Source: Aquificota bacterium
GTDB taxonomy: Bacteria > Aquificota > Aquificia > Aquificales > Aquificaceae
Assembly: GCA_030549905.1 (NCBI GenBank)
Contig: JAUQQK010000007.1
Span: 2,612 to 66,611, forward strand
Reading direction: 5' to 3'
Length of the DNA stretch: 64,000 nucleotides
Each line of letters opens with the position of its first letter. Within the stretch, counting starts at the first letter, position 1. Positions 55,671-64,000 of the stretch are shown here, one piece after another. The position numbers were made by a program, and so were the translations under genes. The notes below the pieces were generated by a model that saw only the letters and a program-made list of their open reading frames with translations, was not told where the DNA came from and did not search any database.

Positions 55671-57608
55671 TTGTTTATAAGCTTACCTAAGGAAGCAAGG
55701 GAAACTGCCATACTTTCCGTAAGAGCCACAAGCCTCATCGGTATTCTTTCCCTCTGGAACGTGGCTGAAATGCCCTACTTTATACCCTTTACCCTCATAT
55801 ACATGCTTGGCTTTCTTCTTGATATAAAGAAAACCTACCCTGTTAGAAGGTTCCTTCTAAACACGCTTGGCGTCCTCCTAACTATATATTTTCTGTCGGA
55901 ACTGAGCCTTGAAGAGCCTCTAAAGCCCTTTGCCCATGTGGTCCTGCTGCTTATGGCAATAAAGAGCCTTGAGGATAAAAAGCCTAGGGACTTATATCAA
56001 ATACTTTTGCTTAGCCTGTTTGCCCTATCCATATCCACCGTGTATAACCTGAGCCTGAGCTTTCTGTTTATATTCTTGCTCCATAGTGTTCTCGGCGTTA
56101 TAGCCCTGTTTTTTATAAACCTGTACAGAGAAGCGGACCATCTGGAGCTTACAAAAGAATTGAGTAAAAAATACCTGATTGTGGGTCTTATCTTTTCCCT
56201 TCTTGTGTTTCTTCTAACCTTGCCCTTTTTCTTCTTCCTGCCACGTACGCAGGCTCCCCTCTTTGACCTACTTTCAAGGGGTAGCGGTCTAAAGACTGGT
56301 CTTACTGACAGCGTGAGCCTTGGGAAGGTGGGAGAGATACAGGAAGACAATACGGTGGTGATGAGGGTCTATGGCCTTCCTGCAGGCATAAAGGAGCCCT
56401 ACTGGAGGGCTATGGTCTTTGGAACCTACATAAACCACATGTGGCTGAAGGTAAAGGAAGACAACCACATACTTCCACAGGGCAGGGGGGACATTACATA
56501 CACGGTGGTCCTGGAACCCACCTTTGAAAACATCATACCCGCATTAGATTACCCATACAGTGTGCTTGGTGTGGAAGGGCTGAGGGCGGAGGCATACATG
56601 ACCACCGGAAACGTGCTGAGGTTAAGCAAAGAGATAAACAGAACCGTAAGGCTCACTCTTAGCTCTTCAAGGCAGTTATACATGGAGGAAGACCCAGAAG
56701 AATACCTTCAGGTACCAAAGAATATAAGCCCGAGCCTTAAAATGCTTGCGGAAAAACTATCAAGTGGAGCAAAAGATGAAGAGGAAAAGCTCAGAAGGGT
56801 CATCTCTCATTTTTCTCAGGGCTACGCATACACGCTGAAGCTGGAAAGGTATGAGGGCGACCCAATAGATTATTTCCTCTTTGTGTCAAAGAAGGGAAAC
56901 TGTGAATACTACGCCACTGCCACCGCATTACTTTTAAGGCTTATGGGCGTGCCCGCAAGGGTGGTAGGAGGCTACAAGGGTGCCCTGTGGAACGCTTACG
57001 GAGGCTATCATATAGTGACCAATTCCATGGCTCATGTGTGGGTGGAAGCATACATAAAGGGCAGATGGGTCAGGGTGGATACAACACCTCCTTACCTTTC
57101 CCCTTCCCTTAAAAACATATCCTCCTTAGCTCTTGTGAGAGACGCTATACTGAGCTTCTGGCACTCCTATGTGGTGGGCTACAGCTCTGAAAAGCAGATA
57201 AGGCTATTTAAAAACATAAGCGGAGGTATTAAAAGAGAGTTTAGCATAGATAACCTTAAAAGAAGGCTGACACAACTAAGCCTCCTCATACTCTCCCTTA
57301 CAGGGCTTTACCTTATATATCTCCAGACAAAAAGGCTTGTAAAAAACCCGGAAAACCTCTTCATGAGGACAAGGGAAGTGCTTTTTAGAGAGGGTTTGAT
57401 AAAGGATAAAAGGGCTTTCCCGGAGGAGGTTATTGAAGCCTGCAAAGGAACAGCTTACTATGAATATGTGAAGTTCATAGCCCAGCTCTACCAGAAGTCT
57501 AAATATTCTCCCTACAGGCTATATCCGGACGAGCTGGAAGAAGGATACAGGGCTTTTAACAAACTCAAGGAGCTTCTTCGTAGCGACCGTCGCTACGCAC
57601 GCGGATGA
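55671..57608 (+). CDS. Transglutaminase-like membrane protein (DUF3488 plus transglutaminase core)
   Basis: About six N-terminal TM helices precede a Cys-His-Asp core region (GNCEYYA...HVWVEAY...VD) and a C-terminal TM helix. Confidence 0.75.
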   Translation: MFISLPKEARETAILSVRATSLIGILSLWNVAEMPYFIPFTLIYMLGFLLDIKKTYPVRRFLLNTLGVLLTIYFLSELSLEEPLKPFAHVVLLLMAIKSLEDKKPRDLYQILLLSLFALSISTVYNLSLSFLFIFLLHSVLGVIALFFINLYREADHLELTKELSKKYLIVGLIFSLLVFLLTLPFFFFLPRTQAPLFDLLSRGSGLKTGLTDSVSLGKVGEIQEDNTVVMRVYGLPAGIKEPYWRAMVFGTYINHMWLKVKEDNHILPQGRGDITYTVVLEPTFENIIPALDYPYSVLGVEGLRAEAYMTTGNVLRLSKEINRTVRLTLSSSRQLYMEEDPEEYLQVPKNISPSLKMLAEKLSSGAKDEEEKLRRVISHFSQGYAYTLKLERYEGDPIDYFLFVSKKGNCEYYATATALLLRLMGVPARVVGGYKGALWNAYGGYHIVTNSMAHVWVEAYIKGRWVRVDTTPPYLSPSLKNISSLALVRDAILSFWHSYVVGYSSEKQIRLFKNISGGIKREFSIDNLKRRLTQLSLLILSLTGLYLIYLQTKRLVKNPENLFMRTREVLFREGLIKDKRAFPEEVIEACKGTAYYEYVKFIAQLYQKSKYSPYRLYPDELEEGYRAFNKLKELLRSDRRYARG

Positions 57609-57954
57609 CCGTATGCACGTTTCCACGTGGGTTGAAATCTCCTACTACCTCAAGGAACCTGGGCTTTAGAAGGTCATAGAGAGCCGTGTATATCTCGTTG
57701 GTAGCCTGCTCGTGGGAGATGTAGCGGTTTCTAAACTTGTTGAGCCAGAGCTTTAAAGACTTTAACTCCACTATGTATTTATCGGGTATATACCTTATCC
57801 TTATGGTGGCATAGTCCGGATAGCCGGAGCGTGGGCACAGGCATGAAAACTCTGGAAAGGTTATCTCTATAAGGTAGTCCCTTTCTGGGCTTGGGTTTTC
57901 CCAAGGCTCAAGCTCCGCCGCTTCTATCGCCAGCTCACCGTATCTCTTCTCCAT
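57565..57954 (-). CDS. queF: NADPH-dependent 7-cyano-7-deazaguanine reductase (unimodular)
   Basis: The product has the QueF motif E(F)[11 protein letters not shown] and the following EL.SLK..L..FR region. Confidence 0.9.
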   Translation of the reverse strand: MEKRYGELAIEAAELEPWENPSPERDYLIEITFPEFSCLCPRSGYPDYATIRIRYIPDKYIVELKSLKLWLNKFRNRYISHEQATNEIYTALYDLLKPRFLEVVGDFNPRGNVHTVIRVRSDGRYEEAP

Positions 57955-57958
57955 AAAC

Positions 57959-59209
57959 TTAAAAATTTATGCCTTTGCAGTGTAAAAGCACATACACACC
58001 GTCAAACTCACGACCTGAGGTGAGCAAACTACAGCCAGCAAAATCCTTTGCATACTTTTCCTTTGTTATCACAAAGCCCTTAGCTCCTTCGGGTGAAGAA
58101 AGCTCTTTTATGCACCTTCCTGAGTAATACACAAGGGCTGAGTCTTCCGCCCTGTAGAAGTATGCAGGCTCCTTAATTGCCTTCAGGACCGGATAAGCCT
58201 TTGGCACAAACCTTGACTTTTCATAAAAATACAAAAGGGGTATAAGGCTAACGAACAGGGCTAAGGAGAGGCTCAGGGCTATCCTTACATACCTTTCGGA
58301 GGCAACCCTTGCCAGCATTATGGCTAAGGGTGGGTAAGCAAAGAGAATGTAATGGTGTAGCTTGTTCTTTGCAAGGCTGAAAAAGGCAAGGACAAACAAA
58401 AACCACAGAAGGAGAGGTATCATATCCCTTGAAAGACCTCTTAAAAGCCTCGGGTAGAGAGGTATGTATAGAAGGCTTACAGCGAGCACGAGGACAAGAT
58501 AGTAATAAAAGGGTGAAGGGTGTGTTAGCCTATGTCCCGTGTATCTCATTATGTTTTCATAGATGAAAAATCTGTAAAAGTATTCGTAGCCGTAGCTAAG
58601 CATCATGAGGAAATACCAGGAAAAGCCTAAAAGGACAAAAATCAAAAGCCCCTTTATGTTCAAAAACCTGAGGTCTCTCTTCCAGATTAAATATACCCCA
58701 ACAGCCAGAAGCACACCCACCGGACCTTTTGTGAGGAAAGCAAGGGCAAGGAAAAGCCAGCCTATAAGAAACCTCTCTCTTAAAAAGGCATATAGCCCGG
58801 CAAAGGTAAAGAAGGTATTTAAAAACTCCGGCACCACCGCACGGGCTTCTATCCAGAGATGCGGGAAGGTCATGAGTATAATAGAGCTTTTAAAGGCTAC
58901 CTCCTTTCCAAAAAGCTCTCTTGCAAGCCTGTAGGTAAGAAGAAGGACGCCAATAGCGGAAAGACCAGAGACAAGCCTTGCGGAAAACTCGTTAAGACCA
59001 AAGAGCTGTGAAAGCAGAGCCACGCTCCAGTATAGCAGGGGTGGTTTTTCAAACCTTGGCTTACAGTTATACTCAGGCTTTATCAAGTCCCCGCTCTGTA
59101 GCATATGTAGAACCGCAGACATGTTCCTGCCCTCATCAAGGGAGGTAAAGGAAAGAAGCCAATTACAGCATACAAAGAAAAGAAACGCAAGAAGCAAAAG
59201 CCTGAACAT
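57959..59209 (-). CDS. GT39/ArnT-like (PMT_2) membrane glycosyltransferase
   Basis: This 416-aa polytopic protein has an N-terminal loop with an ...EGRN... acidic motif and KPPLLYW, typical of ArnT-like GT-C enzymes. Confidence 0.7.
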   Translation of the reverse strand: MFRLLLLAFLFFVCCNWLLSFTSLDEGRNMSAVLHMLQSGDLIKPEYNCKPRFEKPPLLYWSVALLSQLFGLNEFSARLVSGLSAIGVLLLTYRLARELFGKEVAFKSSIILMTFPHLWIEARAVVPEFLNTFFTFAGLYAFLRERFLIGWLFLALAFLTKGPVGVLLAVGVYLIWKRDLRFLNIKGLLIFVLLGFSWYFLMMLSYGYEYFYRFFIYENIMRYTGHRLTHPSPFYYYLVLVLAVSLLYIPLYPRLLRGLSRDMIPLLLWFLFVLAFFSLAKNKLHHYILFAYPPLAIMLARVASERYVRIALSLSLALFVSLIPLLYFYEKSRFVPKAYPVLKAIKEPAYFYRAEDSALVYYSGRCIKELSSPEGAKGFVITKEKYAKDFAGCSLLTSGREFDGVYVLLHCKGINF

Positions 59210-59721
59210 CAGTTATATCTTAACAACCTCTTACACAGATAATAGGAAGAAACACCTATCAAGGCACCAGCAAGTACGTCCAAAGGAAAATGAACTCCAA
59301 GGTATATCCTGCCGTAGGCGATAAGAAGGGCATAGAGGAGAAGAGGAACCTTCAGATACCATTTGGCACCCTCTGAAAAGAAGCTAAAGAGTAAAAAAGC
59401 CATGGCAGTATCGCCAGAAGGAAAACTTTTATGATAAAGTGGCTCAAGCAAATACACATTCTGTAAAAGGCTTGCCGGTCTTGGTGCATGAAACAAAAAC
59501 TTAAGAAAATGCACAAGGAAGCTCTCTATTGCCACAGAGAAAAGGAAAAGCTTCCATCTATGTCTTTGAAAGAGTAATACAAATAAAAAAGCAGGACAAA
59601 GCACATAACCCTTTCCAAGAATATAAAAATAGCTAAAGAAAAAGTCAAGCATGGCATTCCTTGAATGGTTTATGAGGTAAAAAAGCTCTACATTGAAAGG
59701 GATTTCTTCAATGTTCATCAA
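59209..59721 (-). CDS. PAP2-family lipid phosphatase (LpxE/undecaprenyl-diphosphatase-like)
   Basis: The PAP2 motifs are present: ...PRP, SFPSGD, and GRIYLGVHFPLDV. Confidence 0.8.
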   Translation of the reverse strand: MMNIEEIPFNVELFYLINHSRNAMLDFFFSYFYILGKGYVLCPAFLFVLLFQRHRWKLFLFSVAIESFLVHFLKFLFHAPRPASLLQNVYLLEPLYHKSFPSGDTAMAFLLFSFFSEGAKWYLKVPLLLYALLIAYGRIYLGVHFPLDVLAGALIGVSSYYLCKRLLRYN

Positions 59722-60143
59722 GTATATGAATACACTATTCTGCCTCTTTGCACCTCCTGAGGCACGAGCACAACCCTCTGATCGCTCATAAAGGATACAA
59801 AGCCCTCTATAAGACCCGCAAAGAAGTAAATGACGGGAGAGTTTATAAGGTCTTCTCCCACTATGGCATCGGTAAATATGTCTTCTTCCACAACCACCTT
59901 ACCGTCTTCTTTTTTAATGGACTTTGCAAAGCCAAGGTCTTCAAGTATAATGCAGGCACGTCTGAGAGCCTCTTCCTTATCAAGGGTTTCAGGAAAGTGT
60001 CCTATAAGGCTTTCCAACAGTTTTGGTCCTGCCTGCTTTCCTGCATCTCTCATGACAGCCTTAGCACCCTTATCCCCTATAAGGCTTTTCACGCCTTCCG
60101 CCATATTTACTATGGCAAGCAGTAGTATATCCGCATCAATCAT
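59718..60143 (-). CDS. Hypothetical protein (possibly V4R-like)
   Basis: This 141-aa ORF bears only a weak resemblance to the family. It is co-oriented with and overlaps the PAP2 gene. Confidence 0.4.
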   Translation of the reverse strand: MIDADILLLAIVNMAEGVKSLIGDKGAKAVMRDAGKQAGPKLLESLIGHFPETLDKEEALRRACIILEDLGFAKSIKKEDGKVVVEEDIFTDAIVGEDLINSPVIYFFAGLIEGFVSFMSDQRVVLVPQEVQRGRIVYSYT

Positions 60144-60220
60144 AATTCACCCCCGTAGAATTATACAACTTTTCAACTTTGTAAGTTATCATTTTTACTT
60201 ATAAGAGATATAAGCTAAGC

Positions 60221-61585
60221 TTAACCCACCACCTCATACACCCTACCACGAAACCTTGCACCCAAAGATTTTGCGAGCTCCTCTGCCCTTTTCATATCCA
60301 CACCGTCATAATCCACTGCGGTTGCCACCACCTGAAAGCCCTCCTTTACCGCTGTCCTTATAAACTCCAGCACCTTTTCAAAGGCGTCTGGCTGGACGGG
60401 TCTGCATATGCGGTCGTAGGTTTCCTTATCTGGAGCGTTCAGGCTCACAGACCAAACATCCACAAGACCTTTAAGTTCTTTTAGTTTTTCCTTAGGGAGG
60501 AAGGTAAACATAAGACCGTTCGTATCAACCCTTACCTTACCACCCCTTTCCTTTACCCATCTGGCTATCTCTTTGAGGGCTGAAAACCTCAACGTTGGCT
60601 CACCGTATCCGCAAAAGACTATCTCTTCATACCTTGTTGGGTCCCCTATTTCTCTTATAACCTCTTCTACCGCTGGGTCCCTTGAGACCCATACCCAGTA
60701 GCCCTTCACCATGAAGTTCCTTTCTCTCTCCCTCTGACAGAAAGTGCAGTGCAGGTTGCACTTGTTTGTAAGGTTTATATAAAGCCTGTTGTTTATCACA
60801 TAGGTTATGGTTTCTTTTTTTCCGTTATTTCCTAAGTTAAAGAGTAGCTTGGCATTTTCTGAGGTCATACGTTCTGCGTCTTCAAAGGAGCAGTTAGGCA
60901 GGAGCTGGGCTATGACTTCAAGGGTGTATCTCATGTAGGGTGGCTTGTTGGGCTTTCCCCTCACGGGCTGTGGAGCCAGGAAGGGTGCGTCCGTTTCTGC
61001 CAGAAGGCGTGTGGTTGGCGTCCTTTTTACCACATCCCTCAAGGACTGGGCATTGGGGTAGGTGATAATGCCCGAGTAGGATATGTAAAAGCCAAGGTCC
61101 ACACAGGCTTTCATAAACTCATAAGAGCCTGTAAAGCAGTGCATTACGCCACCCACCTCATAGGCTCTTTCTTCCCTAAGTATTCTTAGGGTTTCTTCCT
61201 CCGCATTCCTTGAATGGACTACGATGGGAAGTCCCAGTTCCCTCGCCAGGTTGACCTGCTTTCTGAAAACCTCTTCCTGTTTCTTTCTATCCGAATAATC
61301 CTTATAAAAGTCAAGACCCATCTCACCTAACGCCTTAACCTTTGGATGGTTTTTGACAAGCTCTTTTAGCCATTCCAGGTCTTCATCCTTTACCTTATCC
61401 GCCTCATGCGGATGAAAGCCTACTGCACAATACACATTTGGGTTCTCCTCCGCAAGCTTTAGGGCATTCTTTATGGTTTTGATGTCATACCCTACCGTTA
61501 TCAAATACTCAAATTCCTTATCCTTCAGGGTTTCTTCCAAGTCTTCCTTCTTCAGAAGGTCCAGGTGGCAGTGCGTATCTATCAT
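60221..61585 (-). CDS. TatD-family metal-dependent hydrolase fused to a radical SAM domain
   Basis: The N-terminal part has IDTHCHL and other TatD His/Glu/Asp motifs. The C-terminal ~190 aa carry CNLHCTFC (CxxxCxxC). Confidence 0.75.
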   Translation of the reverse strand: MIDTHCHLDLLKKEDLEETLKDKEFEYLITVGYDIKTIKNALKLAEENPNVYCAVGFHPHEADKVKDEDLEWLKELVKNHPKVKALGEMGLDFYKDYSDRKKQEEVFRKQVNLARELGLPIVVHSRNAEEETLRILREERAYEVGGVMHCFTGSYEFMKACVDLGFYISYSGIITYPNAQSLRDVVKRTPTTRLLAETDAPFLAPQPVRGKPNKPPYMRYTLEVIAQLLPNCSFEDAERMTSENAKLLFNLGNNGKKETITYVINNRLYINLTNKCNLHCTFCQRERERNFMVKGYWVWVSRDPAVEEVIREIGDPTRYEEIVFCGYGEPTLRFSALKEIARWVKERGGKVRVDTNGLMFTFLPKEKLKELKGLVDVWSVSLNAPDKETYDRICRPVQPDAFEKVLEFIRTAVKEGFQVVATAVDYDGVDMKRAEELAKSLGARFRGRVYEVVG

Positions 61586-61713
61586 AAGTTAATAAATTAT
61601 AGCTGCCTTTTAAAGTCCTTCAAGCCCTTATTATTCCTGAGCAGATAAGCTGAATGTGCGTTTATATAACATAGGAGCTTTATGATATAATTAATGGGAT
61701 TTAGGAGGACGGT

Positions 61714-62265
61714 ATGAGGCTACCTGAAAAATTGGTGGAAAGGATAGCAGATAGAATCATAAAGGAGCTTTACGAAGAGGAAAAATTAATAGAACCGGAA
61801 GACCCATATACATTTAAGAAGAAAATTATTTCAATTTTTAAAGAAGCTGAGGAGGAAGAAAAACTTCTTGATGAAAAAACCAAGGAAATACTGAAAGAAA
61901 AACTTGAGCTTTTAGAAGAAACAAGCCTTGATTATAGAACCGCATACAAAACAGTTAGAGCTAAGCTGGCTGAGGAAATGAACATACACACAAACAGAAG
62001 GGAGAGGATGAATCAGATTGCACACAGGATAAAGGAGCTTATAATGGAAGACCAGACGGTGGAAATATACGAGGAGCCCCATATTATAAGAAATAAGCTG
62101 AGAGAAATACTTATGGAGGCTGTCAAAGAAGAGGAGGAGATAGACAGAGAGGTAAGAGAAAGGATTAAGTCCTATTCAAAGAGAATAGTAGAAGGAACGC
62201 CCGAGTGGAACCACCTTTACAAAAGAATATACGAAGATGCCCTCAAGAGGAGAGGGCTTCTTTAA
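61714..62265 (+). CDS. DUF507-like E/K-rich protein
   Basis: This 183-aa ORF has an N-terminus, MRLPEKLVERIADRIIKEL, typical of DUF507. The call is from memory. Confidence 0.5.
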   Translation: MRLPEKLVERIADRIIKELYEEEKLIEPEDPYTFKKKIISIFKEAEEEEKLLDEKTKEILKEKLELLEETSLDYRTAYKTVRAKLAEEMNIHTNRRERMNQIAHRIKELIMEDQTVEIYEEPHIIRNKLREILMEAVKEEEEIDREVRERIKSYSKRIVEGTPEWNHLYKRIYEDALKRRGLL

Positions 62266-62873
62266 GGCAAGTATGCTATGGGATTTTGTCTAATACCATA
62301 CTTTAATACCTCATAATGGAGATGTGGACCAAAAGCCCTTCCGGTGGTTCCCACATTGCCTATTATCTGCCCCTTAACCACCCTGTCAGAATAGCCCACC
62401 TTAATATCAGAGAGGTGTGAATACAGGGTAGCAAAGCCATAGCCATGGTATATTATCACCGTCTTGCCATATCCCCTTATCCAGCCCGCATATATGACCC
62501 TTCCATCAGAGGAGGCAACAACAGGAGTGCCGTATGGTGCGGATATATCCACGCCCGTGTGAAACTCCTTCCTCCTGCCCATCCTCCTCCAGCCATAGTC
62601 GGAGGTAATAACGCCAACAACTGGCCATAGGTCGGGCTTTACCGTCTCAACAGTTCTAACATTGAGCAGTTCCCTCATGGCCTCCGCCACTGACATTTCC
62701 GTTGCCACTATCTTACTAACCGTGTCTACATCAAAAACTTCAGTTTCCGCCTGCTCCGCCTTATCCTCTACCGGGGAGGTCTCTGAAGGACCACCCACGC
62801 CTAAGGGTGAGCTATCCAAGATGGGCCTGCAGAGAGCTCCCGCAAGCAGTAGGGCAAAAATGTACCTTTTCAT
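62262..62873 (-). CDS. M23 family metallopeptidase
   Basis: The product has a signal peptide plus HTGVD and HLHYEV zinc motifs. Confidence 0.85.
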   Translation of the reverse strand: MKRYIFALLLAGALCRPILDSSPLGVGGPSETSPVEDKAEQAETEVFDVDTVSKIVATEMSVAEAMRELLNVRTVETVKPDLWPVVGVITSDYGWRRMGRRKEFHTGVDISAPYGTPVVASSDGRVIYAGWIRGYGKTVIIYHGYGFATLYSHLSDIKVGYSDRVVKGQIIGNVGTTGRAFGPHLHYEVLKYGIRQNPIAYLP

Positions 62874-62915
62874 AACCCTACCTCCTTACAGGATTTGAAA
62901 AACTCTACCATAAGC

Positions 62916-62944
62916 TTGCAAGGGTTGTCAAGTGGGTTTATAAT
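62916..62944 (+). promoter_or_regulatory. Sigma70-like promoter (TTGCAA-17-TATAAT) for tRNA-Met
   Basis: The -35 box is at 62916-62921 and the -10 box at 62939-62944. The tRNA starts at 62957. Confidence 0.5.
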
Positions 62945-62956
62945 ATTAAAAGGTTT

Positions 62957-63028
62957 GGGTGCGTAGCTCAATGGCAGAGCGGGCGGCTCATAACCGCCCG
63001 GTTGGGGGTTCGAGTCCTCCCGCACCCA
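62957..63028 (+). tRNA. tRNA with anticodon CAT, elongator Met type (lysidine-modified Ile2 not excluded)
   Basis: The 72-nt sequence folds as a cloverleaf: GGGTGCG acceptor with a G1-C72 pair, GGCGG/CTCATAA/CCGCC anticodon arm, and TTCGAGT T-loop. It lacks the initiator hallmarks (C1xA72 and a GGG/CCC anticodon stem). Confidence 0.85.
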
Positions 63029-63029
63029 T

Positions 63030-63506
63030 TTACCTTATAAATCTTTCTAAAAGGTCTCCAAAAAAGACAAAAAACCCTATCCTTATAGCTCTGGCTATTG
63101 CGCTGGCCACAAAGAAGCTAACTATAGGCATATGGAAAAGCCCTGAGAGCCAGCATACCAGCTTATAGGGTTCTCCTATGAGCACCGCAAAAAAGCCATA
63201 CCTGTTAAAAAGAGCCTCCCCTTTCAGGTATAACCTCTCTCCGAAGAGCCTTTTTACGAAAACATCCCCTAAAAGGCGTGCAAGGTAATACGCCACCACA
63301 GCACCAAGCAGGTTTCCCACAAAAGCCACCATGCCCGCCGTGTATGGGCTTAGGTTAAAGAGGGGGGCGCTTACTATAAAGGGATAGGGTGGTATGGGTT
63401 GCACTATAGACTCGGTAAAGGATAGTATAAAAAGGGCTGTATAGCCATGCTCCTGAACAAAGCCCTCCGCCAAGGCTTTAAGACCTGGGAAAAACCCTTC
63501 AAGCAT
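63030..63506 (-). CDS. DedA/YqaA (VTT domain) family membrane protein
   Basis: This 158-aa ORF has four TM helices and family-like sequence. Confidence 0.6.
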   Translation of the reverse strand: MLEGFFPGLKALAEGFVQEHGYTALFILSFTESIVQPIPPYPFIVSAPLFNLSPYTAGMVAFVGNLLGAVVAYYLARLLGDVFVKRLFGERLYLKGEALFNRYGFFAVLIGEPYKLVCWLSGLFHMPIVSFFVASAIARAIRIGFFVFFGDLLERFIR

Positions 63507-64000
63507 TAGATAAGGACCTCCATGAAATCTCTTGCGGGTATAACCGGTATGCCATGTTTTTGAGATAGCTCATCAGCCACCCTTTCTGGATTGTGGTTAA
63601 GCAGGAATTCATAGCCAAAATGTGTAAGTATTACCTTCTTAGGTTTGAGGTTTGATATAAGCTTTTCCGCATCTTCTACCGTTAGGTGGTCTATGGGCTT
63701 TGTTTTTCTGTAAAGGGTTGTGTTTATCAGCATAAGCTCCACGCCCTTGGGGTATAGCTCAAGCATTCTGTCCTCGTATAGGGCGCAGGAAACATAAAGC
63801 ACACGGTCGTCAAAAAGCAGGGCATAAGTTTCAGCTTCATGATGGGTGTGTTTCATGACCGCCTTAATTCTTATGCCCTTATAGCTTAGTTCTTTGCCTT
63901 CTTCAAAAAAGCCCTCAAGTGCAAGCCTTTCCCTTATGAAGGGCAAAACTACCCTGTCCCTACCCTCAAAGGCACTTCTTGGTGCAAAAAGTCCTACATG
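63506..64000 (-). CDS. MBL-fold hydrolase-like protein, 5'-truncated by the window edge
   Basis: The frame stays open to position 64000. The C-terminal portion has a ...ILTHFG... pattern. Confidence 0.5.
   Translation of the reverse strand, partial: HVGLFAPRSAFEGRDRVVLPFIRERLALEGFFEEGKELSYKGIRIKAVMKHTHHEAETYALLFDDRVLYVSCALYEDRMLELYPKGVELMLINTTLYRKTKPIDHLTVEDAEKLISNLKPKKVILTHFGYEFLLNHNPERVADELSQKHGIPVIPARDFMEVLI

Noticed and set aside
62959-63168. 69-aa ORF on the plus strand
   Set aside because: It begins inside tRNA-Met and lies antisense to the DedA-family gene. It has no RBS and a low-complexity sequence.

Overview
This 64-kb window is densely coding bacterial chromosome. Gene content and E/K/L/V-rich proteins suggest a thermophilic hydrogen- and sulfur-oxidising Aquificales-like organism; that assignment is inference only. 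No rRNA genes or CRISPR arrays are present. Most of the window is housekeeping: rpsA, ilvBH, pepA, argJ, pgk, trpC, pdxA, gpsA, queF, rodA-like and hemW-like genes, plus three complete tRNA genes. The core energy module is an Isp-type [NiFe] hydrogenase operon, hynS-isp1-isp2-hynL. The main accessory features are as follows. (1) An integrase-bearing element, E1, occupies 1-4540. It ends at a 50-nt 3' fragment of tRNA-Val(CAC), its left end lies outside the window, and it carries an iteron-rich ori-like block, an RHH regulator, tiny membrane ORFs and three orphan ORFs. (2) A decayed sibling, E2, sits directly after tRNA-Pro(CGG) at 35515-36375 and shares near-identical DNA with E1. (3) A sulfide-dehydrogenase-like cluster encodes two Tat-exported FccB-type flavoproteins flanking a Tat-exported Rieske-like protein, with no cytochrome c subunit. 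(4) A 1.1-kb gene-poor patch holds an AbiEii-type pseudogene and a hairpin-dense candidate structured RNA. Other oddities are a pdxJ frameshift in a homopolymer, a split GGDEF-EAL sensor gene, an armless HU/IHF-like protein, tandem Uma2 genes with a conserved 5' block, and TusA-DUF3343 and TatD-radical SAM fusions. All family assignments come from motif recognition by eye, not from database searches.
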